From: Rhodospirillaceae bacterium
GTDB taxonomy: Bacteria; Pseudomonadota; Alphaproteobacteria; GCA-2731375
Reading direction: 5' to 3'
DNA length: 64,000 bases
Assembly (NCBI GenBank): GCA_018701215.1
Contig: JABIWH010000018.1
Span: forward strand, 14,861 to 78,860
The position numbers and the translations under genes were made by a program. Position 1 is the stretch's first letter. Each line of letters begins with the position of its first letter. The notes beneath the pieces are model-generated. The model was given only the letters and a program-made list of their open reading frames with translations. It made no database searches and was not told where the DNA came from. This document shows, one piece after another, positions 29,820-39,290 of this stretch.

Positions 29820-30891
29820 TCTGACCTCCATACAATCTGTCAGAATGCCAACAGGCGGCCCAATGTCCGGGCCGTTTTTCTTCATAGGGCGGGTATTCCG
29901 CACGACAGTGGTCATCGGCGAATTTGCAGCGCGGTGCAAAGACGCAACCCGGCGGCAAGTCATTCAACGGCGGCACGATGCCGGGGATCTCCTCCAACCG
30001 TTCAGCCAGATGATCGCCACTGCCCTGTTCCACGCCGCTCATGATTTCAAGCTGCGGCACCGAGGCCATCAGGCCATGGGTGTAGGGGTGCATGGGTTCG
30101 GCGAACAGAGGCTCCACATCCGCTTCTTCCACCTTGCGGCCGGCATACATCACCACCACCCGCCGCGCGGTTTCCGCGATGACACCCAGATCATGGGTAA
30201 TCAGGATCACCGCCGTGCCCAGTTCCTCTTGCAGCTGCACGATCAGATCCAGGATCTGCGCCTGAATGGTCACGTCCAGTGCCGTGGTCGGCTCGTCCGC
30301 GATCAGGACTTTCGGGTTGCAGGCCAGGGCCATGGCAATCATTGCCCGCTGCCGCATGCCGCCCGACAGCTGGTGTGGATACTCCTTGGCACGCTGCGCC
30401 GGTTCCGGGATCTTGACCAGATCCAGCATCTCCACCGCCCGTTCCAGGGCCCTGGCCTTGGAATAATCCTGATGCAGGATCAAGGCCTCGGCGATTTGAT
30501 AACCGATGGTCAGAACCGGGTTGAGCGAGGTCATCGGCTCCTGAAAAATCATCGAGATATCGTTGCCACGGATACCCCGCATCTCTTCCTCGCTCAAGGC
30601 CAGAAGGTCCGTGCCATCCAGCTTTACCGAGCCGCCAATAATCCGGCCGGGAGGTTCGGGCACCAGACGCATAACGGAAAGGGCGGTGATGCTTTTACCG
30701 CAGCCGGATTCACCGACAATGCCCAGGGTCTCGCCCTTGCGCAGATTGAACGAGACGCCGTCCACCGCCTTGACCGTGCCTTGTCTGGTGAAAAAGTACG
30801 TCTGCAGCCCTTCCACTTCCAAGGCGATTTGATCGTCTTGGGGCGCAACCCGCGCCGAAGGATCAAGATCATTGTTTGCTAGATCTGTCAT
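29812..30891 (-). CDS. ABC transporter ATP-binding protein (DppD/OppD/NikD-like)
   Basis: Walker A GESGCGKS, signature LSGGMRQR, C-terminal [14 protein letters not shown]. Confidence 0.85.
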   Translation of the reverse strand: MTDLANNDLDPSARVAPQDDQIALEVEGLQTYFFTRQGTVKAVDGVSFNLRKGETLGIVGESGCGKSITALSVMRLVPEPPGRIIGGSVKLDGTDLLALSEEEMRGIRGNDISMIFQEPMTSLNPVLTIGYQIAEALILHQDYSKARALERAVEMLDLVKIPEPAQRAKEYPHQLSGGMRQRAMIAMALACNPKVLIADEPTTALDVTIQAQILDLIVQLQEELGTAVILITHDLGVIAETARRVVVMYAGRKVEEADVEPLFAEPMHPYTHGLMASVPQLEIMSGVEQGSGDHLAERLEEIPGIVPPLNDLPPGCVFAPRCKFADDHCRAEYPPYEEKRPGHWAACWHSDRLYGGQND

Positions 30892-30902
30892 GCTGCTACT
30901 GC

Positions 30903-31796
30903 CTAACTACGCTGTCTTGGGTCGAGAATATCGCGCAGGGCATCACCAAACAGATTGGCGCCAAACACGGCCATCGAAATTGCCAAGCCAGGAAAGATCA
31001 CCAGCCAGGGCGCGACACGAACATACTCGGCGGCTGATTCCGACAGCATGCGGCCCCAGGACGGATGCGGCTCCGGCACGCCAAGTCCGAGGAAGGACAG
31101 CGAAGCCTCGACAAGAATGGCAGCGCCAAGCTGGGCCGTGAACAAGACGATCAAGGGTGCCAGGATATTTGGTAGCACATGGCGCAGCGCGACGCGCATT
31201 TCGCTCATCCCCGCGGCGCGGGCCGCCTCGACAAACGGCATCTCGCGTAACGACAGGGTGGAGGAACGCACCACCCGGGCCACATTTGGTACCAGCGGAA
31301 TGGAAATGGCGATAATCGTATTCTCCAACGATGGCCCCAACGAGGCCGCCATCACCAGGGCCAGCACCAACAATGGCAGTGCCTGCATGATATCGATCAG
31401 GCGCTGCATGAGCAGGTCGAACCAGCCCATGAGGTACCCCGACATCAAGCCGATGAATACGCCAATAAAGCCGCCCAGCATGATGGACGCGACCCCCACC
31501 GTCAGCGAGATCCGGGCGCCATGGATGATCCGGCTGTACATATCCCGCCCCATCATGTCGGCGCCCATGACAAACTCGGCATTCGGCGCCGATAGCGAGG
31601 CCCTGGCCCTGGTCTGTAGCGGGTCGTGCGGCGCAAGAACGTCGGCGAAGATTGCCGAGAATATAAAAATCACCATGATCACCGCACCGATGGCGCCCAG
31701 GGGATAGCGGCGGGCATAGAAAAGCGTCTTGTCCCAGCGGCTCGAGACATGCGCGCCGGCTTTGACCAGTTCAGCTTGATGGTCGATATCAGCCAT
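30903..31796 (-). CDS. ABC transporter permease (DppC/OppC/NikC-like)
   Basis: BPD-transporter inner-membrane component, 297 aa, hydrophobic, EAA-like loop ([21 protein letters not shown]). Confidence 0.8.
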   Translation of the reverse strand: MADIDHQAELVKAGAHVSSRWDKTLFYARRYPLGAIGAVIMVIFIFSAIFADVLAPHDPLQTRARASLSAPNAEFVMGADMMGRDMYSRIIHGARISLTVGVASIMLGGFIGVFIGLMSGYLMGWFDLLMQRLIDIMQALPLLVLALVMAASLGPSLENTIIAISIPLVPNVARVVRSSTLSLREMPFVEAARAAGMSEMRVALRHVLPNILAPLIVLFTAQLGAAILVEASLSFLGLGVPEPHPSWGRMLSESAAEYVRVAPWLVIFPGLAISMAVFGANLFGDALRDILDPRQRS

Positions 31797-31837
31797 TCTC
31801 TCTGTTCCCCGCCAAAGCCATCAAATTCAGGAATTTT

Positions 31838-32785
31838 CTAGTCGGCATATTTGATCCTCGGGTCTAAAACCGCGTACAACAGATCGACCGCAAAATTGAT
31901 CAACACCGTAACCAAGGCGATTAGCATGACCAGGTTCTGCACGATCGGGTAATCCCGCATCAAAATCGCCTCGACCAGGAAATGCGCCACGCCTGGAATA
32001 TTGAAAACGGTCTCGGTAATAATCAGGCCGCCGATCAGGAATGCCGCCTCGATACCGATGATCGTCGTTACTGGCAGCACCGCGTTCTTCAAGGCGTGAT
32101 GATAGTTGATGGAATTTTCCGAGGCGCCCTTGGACCGCGCCGTGCGGATATAGTCCTGGCGCATGACCTCCAGCATGGATGACCGCGTCAGCCGCATGAT
32201 CAGGGCGGAGGATCTGAAGCCCACCGCCGCCGCCGGTATGGAATACAGCAGCAGTTCATCCCACAGGTTTTCCGGCGGGTCCATATAGATCGGGATATCG
32301 CCAAAGTACGTCACGCAGAACATTAATATCAGCAGCGCCAGCCAGAATGACGGCAGGGACAGGCCGCTCAACGAGATAACCCGCAGAGTGTAATCAAGCC
32401 CCGTGTCCTGCTTCACGGCGCAGATCACGCCCAGGGGCAGCCCGAACAGGACGGAGAAACCCAGGGCCAGGGCCGCCAGCTTCGCGGTAATGGGAATGCG
32501 GGGACCCAGTTCATCGACCGCCGGCATTTCAGAGACGAAGGAAAACCCCAGGTCCCAGACCAACAGGCCCTTGATCCAATGGTAATATTGCACCGGAATT
32601 GGCAGATCCAGGCCGAGTTCTTTTTCGATCTGCGCCTTTTCCGCCGGGTCAACGAAGCCGGCGGAATCGAACATGATATCGGCGATATTGCCCGGCATCA
32701 GCCGCAGCAGCACGAAGATGATGATGGAAATCCCGATCAATGTCAGGACCATCAACAAGAAGCGTTTCACTAAGTATGAGCCCAA
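31838..32785 (-). CDS. ABC transporter permease (DppB/OppB/NikB-like)
   Basis: 315-aa DppB-type permease (N-terminus MGSYLVKRFLLMVLTLIGISIIIFVLLRLMPG). Confidence 0.8.
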   Translation of the reverse strand: MGSYLVKRFLLMVLTLIGISIIIFVLLRLMPGNIADIMFDSAGFVDPAEKAQIEKELGLDLPIPVQYYHWIKGLLVWDLGFSFVSEMPAVDELGPRIPITAKLAALALGFSVLFGLPLGVICAVKQDTGLDYTLRVISLSGLSLPSFWLALLILMFCVTYFGDIPIYMDPPENLWDELLLYSIPAAAVGFRSSALIMRLTRSSMLEVMRQDYIRTARSKGASENSINYHHALKNAVLPVTTIIGIEAAFLIGGLIITETVFNIPGVAHFLVEAILMRDYPIVQNLVMLIALVTVLINFAVDLLYAVLDPRIKYAD

Positions 32786-32922
32786 CGTTTATTCCGCCCG
32801 TCCTTGGTCTTGCCGCGCCAAAAAAATGCCTTAAAAAAATTGTCGGAATACTTGGCCAACCGGGGCGCCGCCACAAACTTATCCGTGGCGCCGCCCCGGC
32901 TCTTGGCCAAAAAGGCTGGGAC

Positions 32923-34521
32923 TTACTTGTCCAGCCAGACGTCTTCCATGCGCCAGTTGTTATAAATACTGTTCACATGAGTTACGAAGCCTTTGACATA
33001 CGGCTGCCAGCACTGCGCTGCCTTGCCGTGCATGATCATCGGCCGGGCCGCATCTTCCTGCAGCTTCTTGTCGATCTCCCAAACCAGCTTCTTACGCGCT
33101 GCCTGGTCTTCCATCATGGATTGCTTCTCGAACAAAGCCTCCATTTCCGGCTTGCAGTAGCCCGTGTAGTTGCGCTGCGAACCGCAGGAGTAGTTCTCAT
33201 AGAAGTTGGCGTCCGGATCATCCACGCCGATACCAGTCAGGTTCAGGCCGACCATGTAGTCCTTGCGGGCCACCTTGGCATGCCAGTTACTGGTTTCCAC
33301 CGTATCCAGGGTGGCGTCGATGTAGATCTCCTTCATGTGATCAATCAGGATCACCGCCGGGTCACGATAGACCGCGATGTTGCGGGTCGAGACCTTGACC
33401 TTCAGCTTGTTGTCCGGGCCATAGCCGAGACTTTCCATGATCTTCCGCGCCTTGGCCCGGTTGCCGGCTACGTCCGAACTATAACCAGCCACGGTCTTCA
33501 GGAACTCCGGAGGCATGCCCCAGACACCCGACGGCGGCGGCATCATCGCCCCGCCCTGGACGTTCTGACCTTCGCTCAGAATGTCGATGAAGGCCTTACG
33601 GTCCATCGTCATGACCATCGCCTTGCGGATCTTGGCGTTGTCAAATGGCGGCTTGAACTGGTTGACGATGAGATTGAAGGAAACGTTCGTGGTCACCAAT
33701 TCACAAATCGCATGTGGCGCCTGCGCCTTCACGTCCTTCAGCAGCGGAATGGTCACATCCACATTAAAGGTGAAGTCGAATTTGCCCGCGACAAAGGCCA
33801 GAACCCGTGTCGAACGGCTTTTGATAATGGTCCAATTGATGCCGTCAAGATGGGGCAGGCCCTTTTTCCAGTAGTTCTGGTTCTTGACGAATTTCACATG
33901 CTCGTTCTGTTTCAGGCTGACGAATTTGAACGGCCCGGTGCCGATGGGATGGGTGCGCATCTTCTTGGGCGATACGTGGCAGGGATAGACCGGCGAATAG
34001 CCGCCCGCCAGCAATGCCACGAACGCGGGCTGCTTGCGTTTCAGATGGAAGGTCGCCTGGTAATCGTTATCGGCGGTGACCTTGTCCAGGTTCTTGTACC
34101 AGGATTTGCGCGGGTTCTTGCGCAGCTTGGCCTTGCCTACGCCCTTTACTAGGTTCCAGGTGCAGACCACGTCCTTAGCCGTGAAGGGTTTGCCGTCGTG
34201 GAACGTCACGCCCTTGCGCAGGTTAAAGGTCAGCTTGGTCTTGTCGCCGTTCCAGGACCACTTGGTGGCCAGATCGGGGACGATGGTGTCCAGGCTTTCG
34301 ACTGCCTTGGCTTGATCATACATGATCAGATTGTTGAACACGCCCATATAAGGCGCGACGGTTGAGTTCGTGGCTTCTTCATGGATCGAGCCACTGGGTG
34401 GGGTGCCACGGTGGTAGGCTTTTAAGACGCCACCGTTTTTTTGCGCCATGGCCGCCTCGGCGCTGAGCATCAGCCCAACCATCGAAACCGCGGACGCAAT
34501 TGTAAAGAGTTTACGCTGCAT
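32923..34521 (-). CDS. ABC transporter substrate-binding protein, family 5 (peptide/nickel-type SBP)
   Basis: 532 aa with a signal peptide (MQRKLFTIASAVSMVGLMLSAEAAMA) and an SBP_bac_5-type sequence. First gene of the transporter operon. Confidence 0.8.
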   Translation of the reverse strand: MQRKLFTIASAVSMVGLMLSAEAAMAQKNGGVLKAYHRGTPPSGSIHEEATNSTVAPYMGVFNNLIMYDQAKAVESLDTIVPDLATKWSWNGDKTKLTFNLRKGVTFHDGKPFTAKDVVCTWNLVKGVGKAKLRKNPRKSWYKNLDKVTADNDYQATFHLKRKQPAFVALLAGGYSPVYPCHVSPKKMRTHPIGTGPFKFVSLKQNEHVKFVKNQNYWKKGLPHLDGINWTIIKSRSTRVLAFVAGKFDFTFNVDVTIPLLKDVKAQAPHAICELVTTNVSFNLIVNQFKPPFDNAKIRKAMVMTMDRKAFIDILSEGQNVQGGAMMPPPSGVWGMPPEFLKTVAGYSSDVAGNRAKARKIMESLGYGPDNKLKVKVSTRNIAVYRDPAVILIDHMKEIYIDATLDTVETSNWHAKVARKDYMVGLNLTGIGVDDPDANFYENYSCGSQRNYTGYCKPEMEALFEKQSMMEDQAARKKLVWEIDKKLQEDAARPMIMHGKAAQCWQPYVKGFVTHVNSIYNNWRMEDVWLDK

Positions 34522-34624
34522 TACAGTCCTCCCTTATTGGTTTTCTAAATTCAAGGAGGAGTATGGGCAAACAATTGGCTTATGCCAAGTGACTCGTTAA
34601 CCATTTGGTAATTTCACCGCCGCC

Positions 34625-35044
34625 TTAGATCCCCTTGTCGAGCAGAGCTTTGATCTTCGGCTTGCTGGTTTGCGCCACCAGACGGCCCACTTCCCCGCTC
34701 TCCCTTATCATGACCAGGGTGGACTGATAGGGCACCTTGTATTGCTTGGCGATGGGCGCATCCCGGTAGGTGTCCCAGTCCACATAGATGAAGGTAATCT
34801 TCTCATCATAGGTTTTGTTGGCGCTTCGTAATGCCTTGATCGCACGGATCTGGCTGCGGCAGGTGCCTCACCAAGGGGCCGCGAATTCCAACAGCACCGC
34901 GCGGCCATCGGCCAGGGCGGATTTCACGGTCTCGGGACTGTAGGGGGCGGTGTCGCTGTCCGCCTGTGCCGCCGATGGCGCCGCCAATGGCGCCAACAGG
35001 GCCGTGACGATGGCGGCCTGCAGAAAAAGTCTACGTAGCATCAT
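34625..35044 (-). CDS. Periplasmic thioredoxin-like protein with in-frame TGA at the first redox-Cys position (candidate selenoprotein, W-U-G-T-C)
   Basis: Minus-strand ORF with an AAGGAA RBS and an ATGATG start. Product: MMLRRLFLQAAIVTALLAPLAAPSAAQA (signal peptide) ...AVLLEFAAPW-[TGA at 34868-34870]-GTCRSQIRAIKALRSANKTYDEKITFIYVDWDTYRDAPIAKQYKVPYQSTLVMIRESGEVG...KGI*. The same frame is open on both sides of the TGA, and the TGA replaces the first Cys of a WCxxC thioredoxin motif. Absent from the ORF track because of the internal stop. Confidence 0.5.
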
Positions 35045-35101
35045 CAAAATTCCTTGTTACCAACATCATACCAGCGCCAATCCAGCTGCAAACCCAGGGG
35101 C

Positions 35102-35839
35102 TCAAACCGAAACGGAGAGATCCTGCAGCCATGCCGGCAGGATATCAAGCAGCTGGTTTTCCAGCCAGTGATCTACCCCAAACAGAATGCCCATGCCCAC
35201 TAACAAGAACGTGATGCCCAGGATCGGCTTGGCCTTGCCGGCCAGCAATCTGAGCGCCCGTTGCCGTTTCACCACCACTTCCCGGGTGCCGAACGCCAGG
35301 GCCAGCACGATGGTGGAAACTCCCAACGCGAAGGCGGTCATGATGGCGCCGGACCAGATTACGTCCTGGCCTTGCGAGGCCAGGGATATGGCCCCGCCCA
35401 GGGTGGGGCCGATACAGGGCGACCAGACCGCCCCCAGCATGGCGCCGCCCAGGAACTGTCAGCGCAGCCCAGTATCGGTGCCGGTGCTATCGCCGCTGCT
35501 CCCCATGGCGTGCAGGCGGGCATCAGCGGTGGCGGCGAACCCGGCGGTGGCGGTGGCAAAGCGCTCGTTCAGGCGCGGGATCAACAACACCAGGCCAAAG
35601 CCGATCATCATCCAGGCGCCGATTTTGGTCATCAATCGCTGGTCAAGGCCGATGGACGATCCCAGCACGATGACGAACAGCCCGACCAGGACGAAAGACA
35701 GGCTCAACCCCGCCGCCAGTGCCAACGGGCCCCGGCGGTCGGCCTGTAACGAGGCCGCCAGGACAATGGGCAGCACCGGCAAGACGCACGGGTTCAAAAG
35801 GGTCAACAACCCGGCGATAAAAGCAAAAAACAATTCCAC
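35102..35839 (-). CDS. ccdA: CcdA/DsbD-family thiol-disulfide transporter (cytochrome c biogenesis protein CcdA) interrupted by a single in-frame TGA
   Basis: The N-part (35459..35839, MELFFAFIAGLLTLLNPCVLPVL...) and C-part (35102..35440, ...AVWSPCIGPTLGGA...) lie in the same frame. They are separated only by TGA at 35459-35461 (...GTDTGLR-TGA-QFLGGAMLGAVWSPC). Both conserved CcdA cysteines (NPC and SPC) are present. Either selenocysteine/readthrough or a nonsense pseudogene. Confidence 0.5.
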
Positions 35840-35982
35840 GAGCGAACCACTCCATGTCCCTGCGGGTCAACTTATCGAGGCTCGATATCACGGCTATTGC
35901 CCAGGCGACAACATGGCGCCGGTCACGATAGCGTGTCCCATCAACGTTGCGCCAAGGCCGGCGGGACGACTACAATCCCGCC

Positions 35983-36588
35983 ATGTCCTCAGCAAACCGT
36001 CAACTCGCCGCCATTGTGATCGCCCACACGGTCGGCGCCCACGAACGTAGCGGCGAACTGTTGCAGGACATCTTCAGGCCGTACCTGAAGCAGTACAACG
36101 GCCGCCTGCTCAAAGCCGGGGACGATCGTCTCGTGCTGGCCTTCACCTCCGCCGTGGCGGCGGTGAATTTCGCGCTTGATGTCCAGCGGACCCTGCCGAT
36201 CCACCAAAGCGACTGGCCCCAGGGCCAGCGCCTGCGCTTTCGCCTTGGCATAAATCTGGGCGATATCGTCGTCGACGGTGATGCTGTCCACGGCGACGGT
36301 GTCGACGTGGCAGCCGGCCTCGGCGCCCTGGTGGAACCGGGCGGCATCCTGATCGCGGGCAATGTCCTCAACCAGGTGCGCCGCCGCCTCGATCATGTGG
36401 CGTTCGAGGATATGGGGCCGCAAAACGTGGCCAATGGGCCCGGCCCGGTGTCCAGCTACCGGGTGCTGCTTGATCCCCCCGCCGTTGCCGCGGCGGGCGG
36501 CGGCGGCAGGCTCTTGACCGGGCGGCAGCTCGCCCTGGCTCTGCTGGTCCTGATACTTTTTTCCGGCATGGTGTATTGGAAGCTATAG
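35983..36588 (+). CDS. Adenylate/guanylate cyclase (class III CHD) domain protein with C-terminal membrane anchor, possibly catalytically degenerate
   Basis: CHD-like LKAGDDRLVLAF and GINLGDIVVDGDAVHGDGVDVAAGLGALVEPGGILIAGNV. The first metal-binding Asp position reads AHTVG instead of F.D.xGFT. C-terminal hydrophobic LALALLVLILFSGMVYW. Confidence 0.5.
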   Translation: MSSANRQLAAIVIAHTVGAHERSGELLQDIFRPYLKQYNGRLLKAGDDRLVLAFTSAVAAVNFALDVQRTLPIHQSDWPQGQRLRFRLGINLGDIVVDGDAVHGDGVDVAAGLGALVEPGGILIAGNVLNQVRRRLDHVAFEDMGPQNVANGPGPVSSYRVLLDPPAVAAAGGGGRLLTGRQLALALLVLILFSGMVYWKL

Positions 36589-36722
36589 GGCCGGGCTTAG
36601 GGACAGGCTTAGGGGCTGGGCATGCAGACTGCGCCGGAGCCGTACGTTTCTCCTTGCGCGGCGGGGGGCTATTGTTAGATTGCCCATAAATGTTGCGTAA
36701 AAATTGTAGTGAGGAAACGGCA

Positions 36723-37397
36723 ATGGATTTCGAGACGCTGGTTAAAGAACGCAGAAGCATCCGTGGCTATAAGCCCGACCCGGTGCCAAAAGAAGTCATC
36801 GAGGAAATTGTCGAGATCGCCAAGGGCGCGCCGTCCTCGATGAATACCCAGCCCTGGTTCCTGCACGTGGTTACCGGCGCGCCGTTGGACCGCATCCGCG
36901 AGGGCAATACCGAACGCATGCTGGGCGGCGCCAAGGTCAACCGCGAGATCCCGGTGCATGATGCCTACAAGGGCATCCACCGTCAGCGCCAGATCGAAAT
37001 CGCCATTCAGCTGTTCGAGGCCATGGGTATCGAGCGCGACGACAAGGAACGGCGCCAGGATTGGGTGCTGCGCGGCTTTCGCCAGTTCGACGCGCCGGTC
37101 TCCATCGTTCTGGCCTATGACAGCAGCCTGGAGCCGGCCACCATCAGCCATTTTGACCTGGGCGCCATCGTCTACGGCCTGACCCTGGCCGCCTGGACCC
37201 GCGGCCTGGGCACGGTGATCAACGGCCAGGGCATCATGCAGTCGGACGTGGTGCGCGAGCACGCCAAGATCCCCGACTGGCAAACCATCATGACCTGCGT
37301 CGCCATGGGCTACCCGGACGAAGATTTCTCCGCCAACAAGGTAAAATCCCGGCGCACGCCAAACGACGAGATCATCAGCTACGTCGGTTTCGAATAA
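36723..37397 (+). CDS. Nitroreductase-family NAD(P)H flavin oxidoreductase
   Basis: Nitroreductase fold (RRSIRGYKPDPVPKEVIEEIVE..., PSSMNTQPWFLHVV). GAGGAAACGGCA-ATG start context. Confidence 0.8.
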   Translation: MDFETLVKERRSIRGYKPDPVPKEVIEEIVEIAKGAPSSMNTQPWFLHVVTGAPLDRIREGNTERMLGGAKVNREIPVHDAYKGIHRQRQIEIAIQLFEAMGIERDDKERRQDWVLRGFRQFDAPVSIVLAYDSSLEPATISHFDLGAIVYGLTLAAWTRGLGTVINGQGIMQSDVVREHAKIPDWQTIMTCVAMGYPDEDFSANKVKSRRTPNDEIISYVGFE

Positions 37398-37467
37398 GGC
37401 GACGTTAGATCGCGCGGGATCGCGCCAGCGGTCCCAGGGGCGAAATTTGCAGCCAGTTGTTGGGGCT

Positions 37468-37495
37468 GTTCCCGATAACTTTGCTTATCGGGAAC
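37468..37495 (+). terminator. Hairpin downstream of nitroreductase (GTTCCCGATAA-CTTTGC-TTATCGGGAAC)
   Basis: Perfect 11-bp inverted repeat 70 bp after the stop. No U-tract, so it could equally be a REP-like element. Confidence 0.35.
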
Positions 37496-37761
37496 GGCCC
37501 CTTGCCGCCTGGTATTAATCTATGGGCGCGCCGTGACAGGGTGGCCGGGCATATTAGCCCGGCTTATTGTCGGATCGCCGCCTGTTGGCCCTGGATGCCC
37601 GGATCAAGTCCGGGCATGACATTTTAGCGGAATTCAGCCAAAGCCTTTCCCACTTCGTCATTGCCGGGCTTGACCCGGCAATCCAGGGCAACCAAATCAA
37701 ATGCTTGCAGCCCTGGCTCACCCGGGGCTCCCGGGGGTCTCCGCGTCATTCCGCCCAAGTG

Positions 37762-39057
37762 TTAAAAGGGTAGCGTCCCCTTTGATTCCCTTGTGTCTAC
37801 ACCAACAACGTATTCAGTTTCCCAGTCAGGAAACGACCCCCGTTTGATCAAGGTTCGTGCAACGCTTGCGCATAAGTTGGCTGCGTCTTCCAACAAATCC
37901 TTAGGGGGCGGCCCATTATACTTCTTACCCATTTTGAGTTCACCGGTATGCACGGCTTTGGATCTCAAATCATAGGCAACTCTAAGAAGCTTGAAGGTTT
38001 TCATTCGATCCTGTTGGCTGCCGCCCAGGAATGTTGCGCCTCGGATTGATGCCCGGTATGTCATTTCCGTACGTTCTCTAATGCCGTGAAGCAGCATTAC
38101 TTCCAACGAAATTCCAAGATCGATCGCCCGGTCCACAATTTCTTCCCTACCCAGCGCCAGGTTAAGTCGGTCCAAGCCAATTCGCATTACGTTTATTTCC
38201 GCAGGAGAAAATTCTCCGAAGTCATGAAAAAATCTAGTGATAAGTTCCCCATCTAACGCTCTCGGATTCCGAGTTGCCAAATGAGCGGAAACATCGGACA
38301 GAGCTGGTCCTTTGGAATAAGACCGAGCAAAGCAAAGGGTTGCGACCTGTTGTTCGAATTGCGCCCAATGTCCAAGCGCCACCACATGGCTTTCATTCAA
38401 GGCCGCGACACACCGCACCATGTCGTCAACCAATAGTTTGTTTTGTTTGCTGCTCTCGGTTGGAGGAAGTCTTCCCGCTGCCTCGGCTTGTTTGAATGAT
38501 GGAAATAATACCTGGTTTGACGCCGTGCGAAATCGCAATGCGAGGTCGCCCTTTGGCTGCATGGATCTATGCGGAACTTCATCAAATACTGCCTTCTGAT
38601 ATCCATCTGGAACGTCTCCCCAAGGCAGGAGGTCAACGTCACCTCTTAGACTGACGGCTTTGTCCAGTGTGGCTCCGGCCAAAGGTGTGTAAATTTCGGT
38701 TGCGCACGCCGGAGCGGCCGCAAATGCCCGCGCTTCCTCAACGAGCTTCTTGGCGGATTGGCCGTCCATCACGCAATTAATTAGTTGATAAGGAAACGCG
38801 CGGGACTGCACCTGATGGCCGCCACCAAACGCGTCTTGAATCCATCCGTTGCGAATATCTCCAAAAGACGGGTCCTTACTAAAGGCGGCTAATAACTGGG
38901 CCGCGCCACTTTGCTCTACCTCGAATGCTCGCAAAATTACCTCACTCCCAAAATGGCTGCGTGCACTCTCCATATGAAGCAAAGTCTCTTGCGCCTCACT
39001 AGCGGCCTGTTCCGCGAGGCTCACAATATCCATTTCATTTTGCACACCCTTTGCCAT
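37762..39057 (-). CDS. HEPN-superfamily protein (Rx4H motif) with an unrelated ~330-aa N-terminal region; candidate stand-alone defence/toxin (Abi/ApeA-like) gene in a low-GC islet
   Basis: 431-aa ORF at ~50% GC against ~65% in its flanks. The C-terminal region contains LRSKAVHTG (R-x4-H HEPN catalytic motif) inside a predicted helical segment. It is flanked by 360-bp and 230-bp non-coding regions carrying several hairpins. No close family recognised from sequence alone. Confidence 0.45.
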   Translation of the reverse strand: MAKGVQNEMDIVSLAEQAASEAQETLLHMESARSHFGSEVILRAFEVEQSGAAQLLAAFSKDPSFGDIRNGWIQDAFGGGHQVQSRAFPYQLINCVMDGQSAKKLVEEARAFAAAPACATEIYTPLAGATLDKAVSLRGDVDLLPWGDVPDGYQKAVFDEVPHRSMQPKGDLALRFRTASNQVLFPSFKQAEAAGRLPPTESSKQNKLLVDDMVRCVAALNESHVVALGHWAQFEQQVATLCFARSYSKGPALSDVSAHLATRNPRALDGELITRFFHDFGEFSPAEINVMRIGLDRLNLALGREEIVDRAIDLGISLEVMLLHGIRERTEMTYRASIRGATFLGGSQQDRMKTFKLLRVAYDLRSKAVHTGELKMGKKYNGPPPKDLLEDAANLCASVARTLIKRGSFPDWETEYVVGVDTRESKGTLPF

Positions 39058-39290
39058 CTCCAGAATCTATCAGAGAATGGCGCCGCAATCACGCGTCGCA
39101 TTCGGTTGGTCACTTGCACCTACCGCCACTCAGACATATATTTGAGGCCGCGGTGGAGACCCGGCGGGCCGGCCAACCATCCAATCCATCGCACCAGCTC
39201 AGACCCGGTCGTCCAGGTTTTTCTTTGCCCGATCAGATCCAAGTCAATCTTTCCGATCAACGGGGTCAAAGTAAATTGATTTGGCCGCGC

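Noticed and set aside
35440-35461. Treating the two ccdA pieces as separate genes, or as a frameshifted gene
   Set aside because: Both pieces are in the same frame. The other two frames contain stops across the junction, so the interruption is a single TGA codon, not a frameshift. It is reported as one interrupted gene.
37400-39290. Islet interpreted as a mobile element (IS/integrative element)
   Set aside because: No transposase, integrase, tRNA target or clear terminal inverted/direct repeats bracketing the low-GC segment. It is reported as an islet of unknown acquisition mechanism instead.
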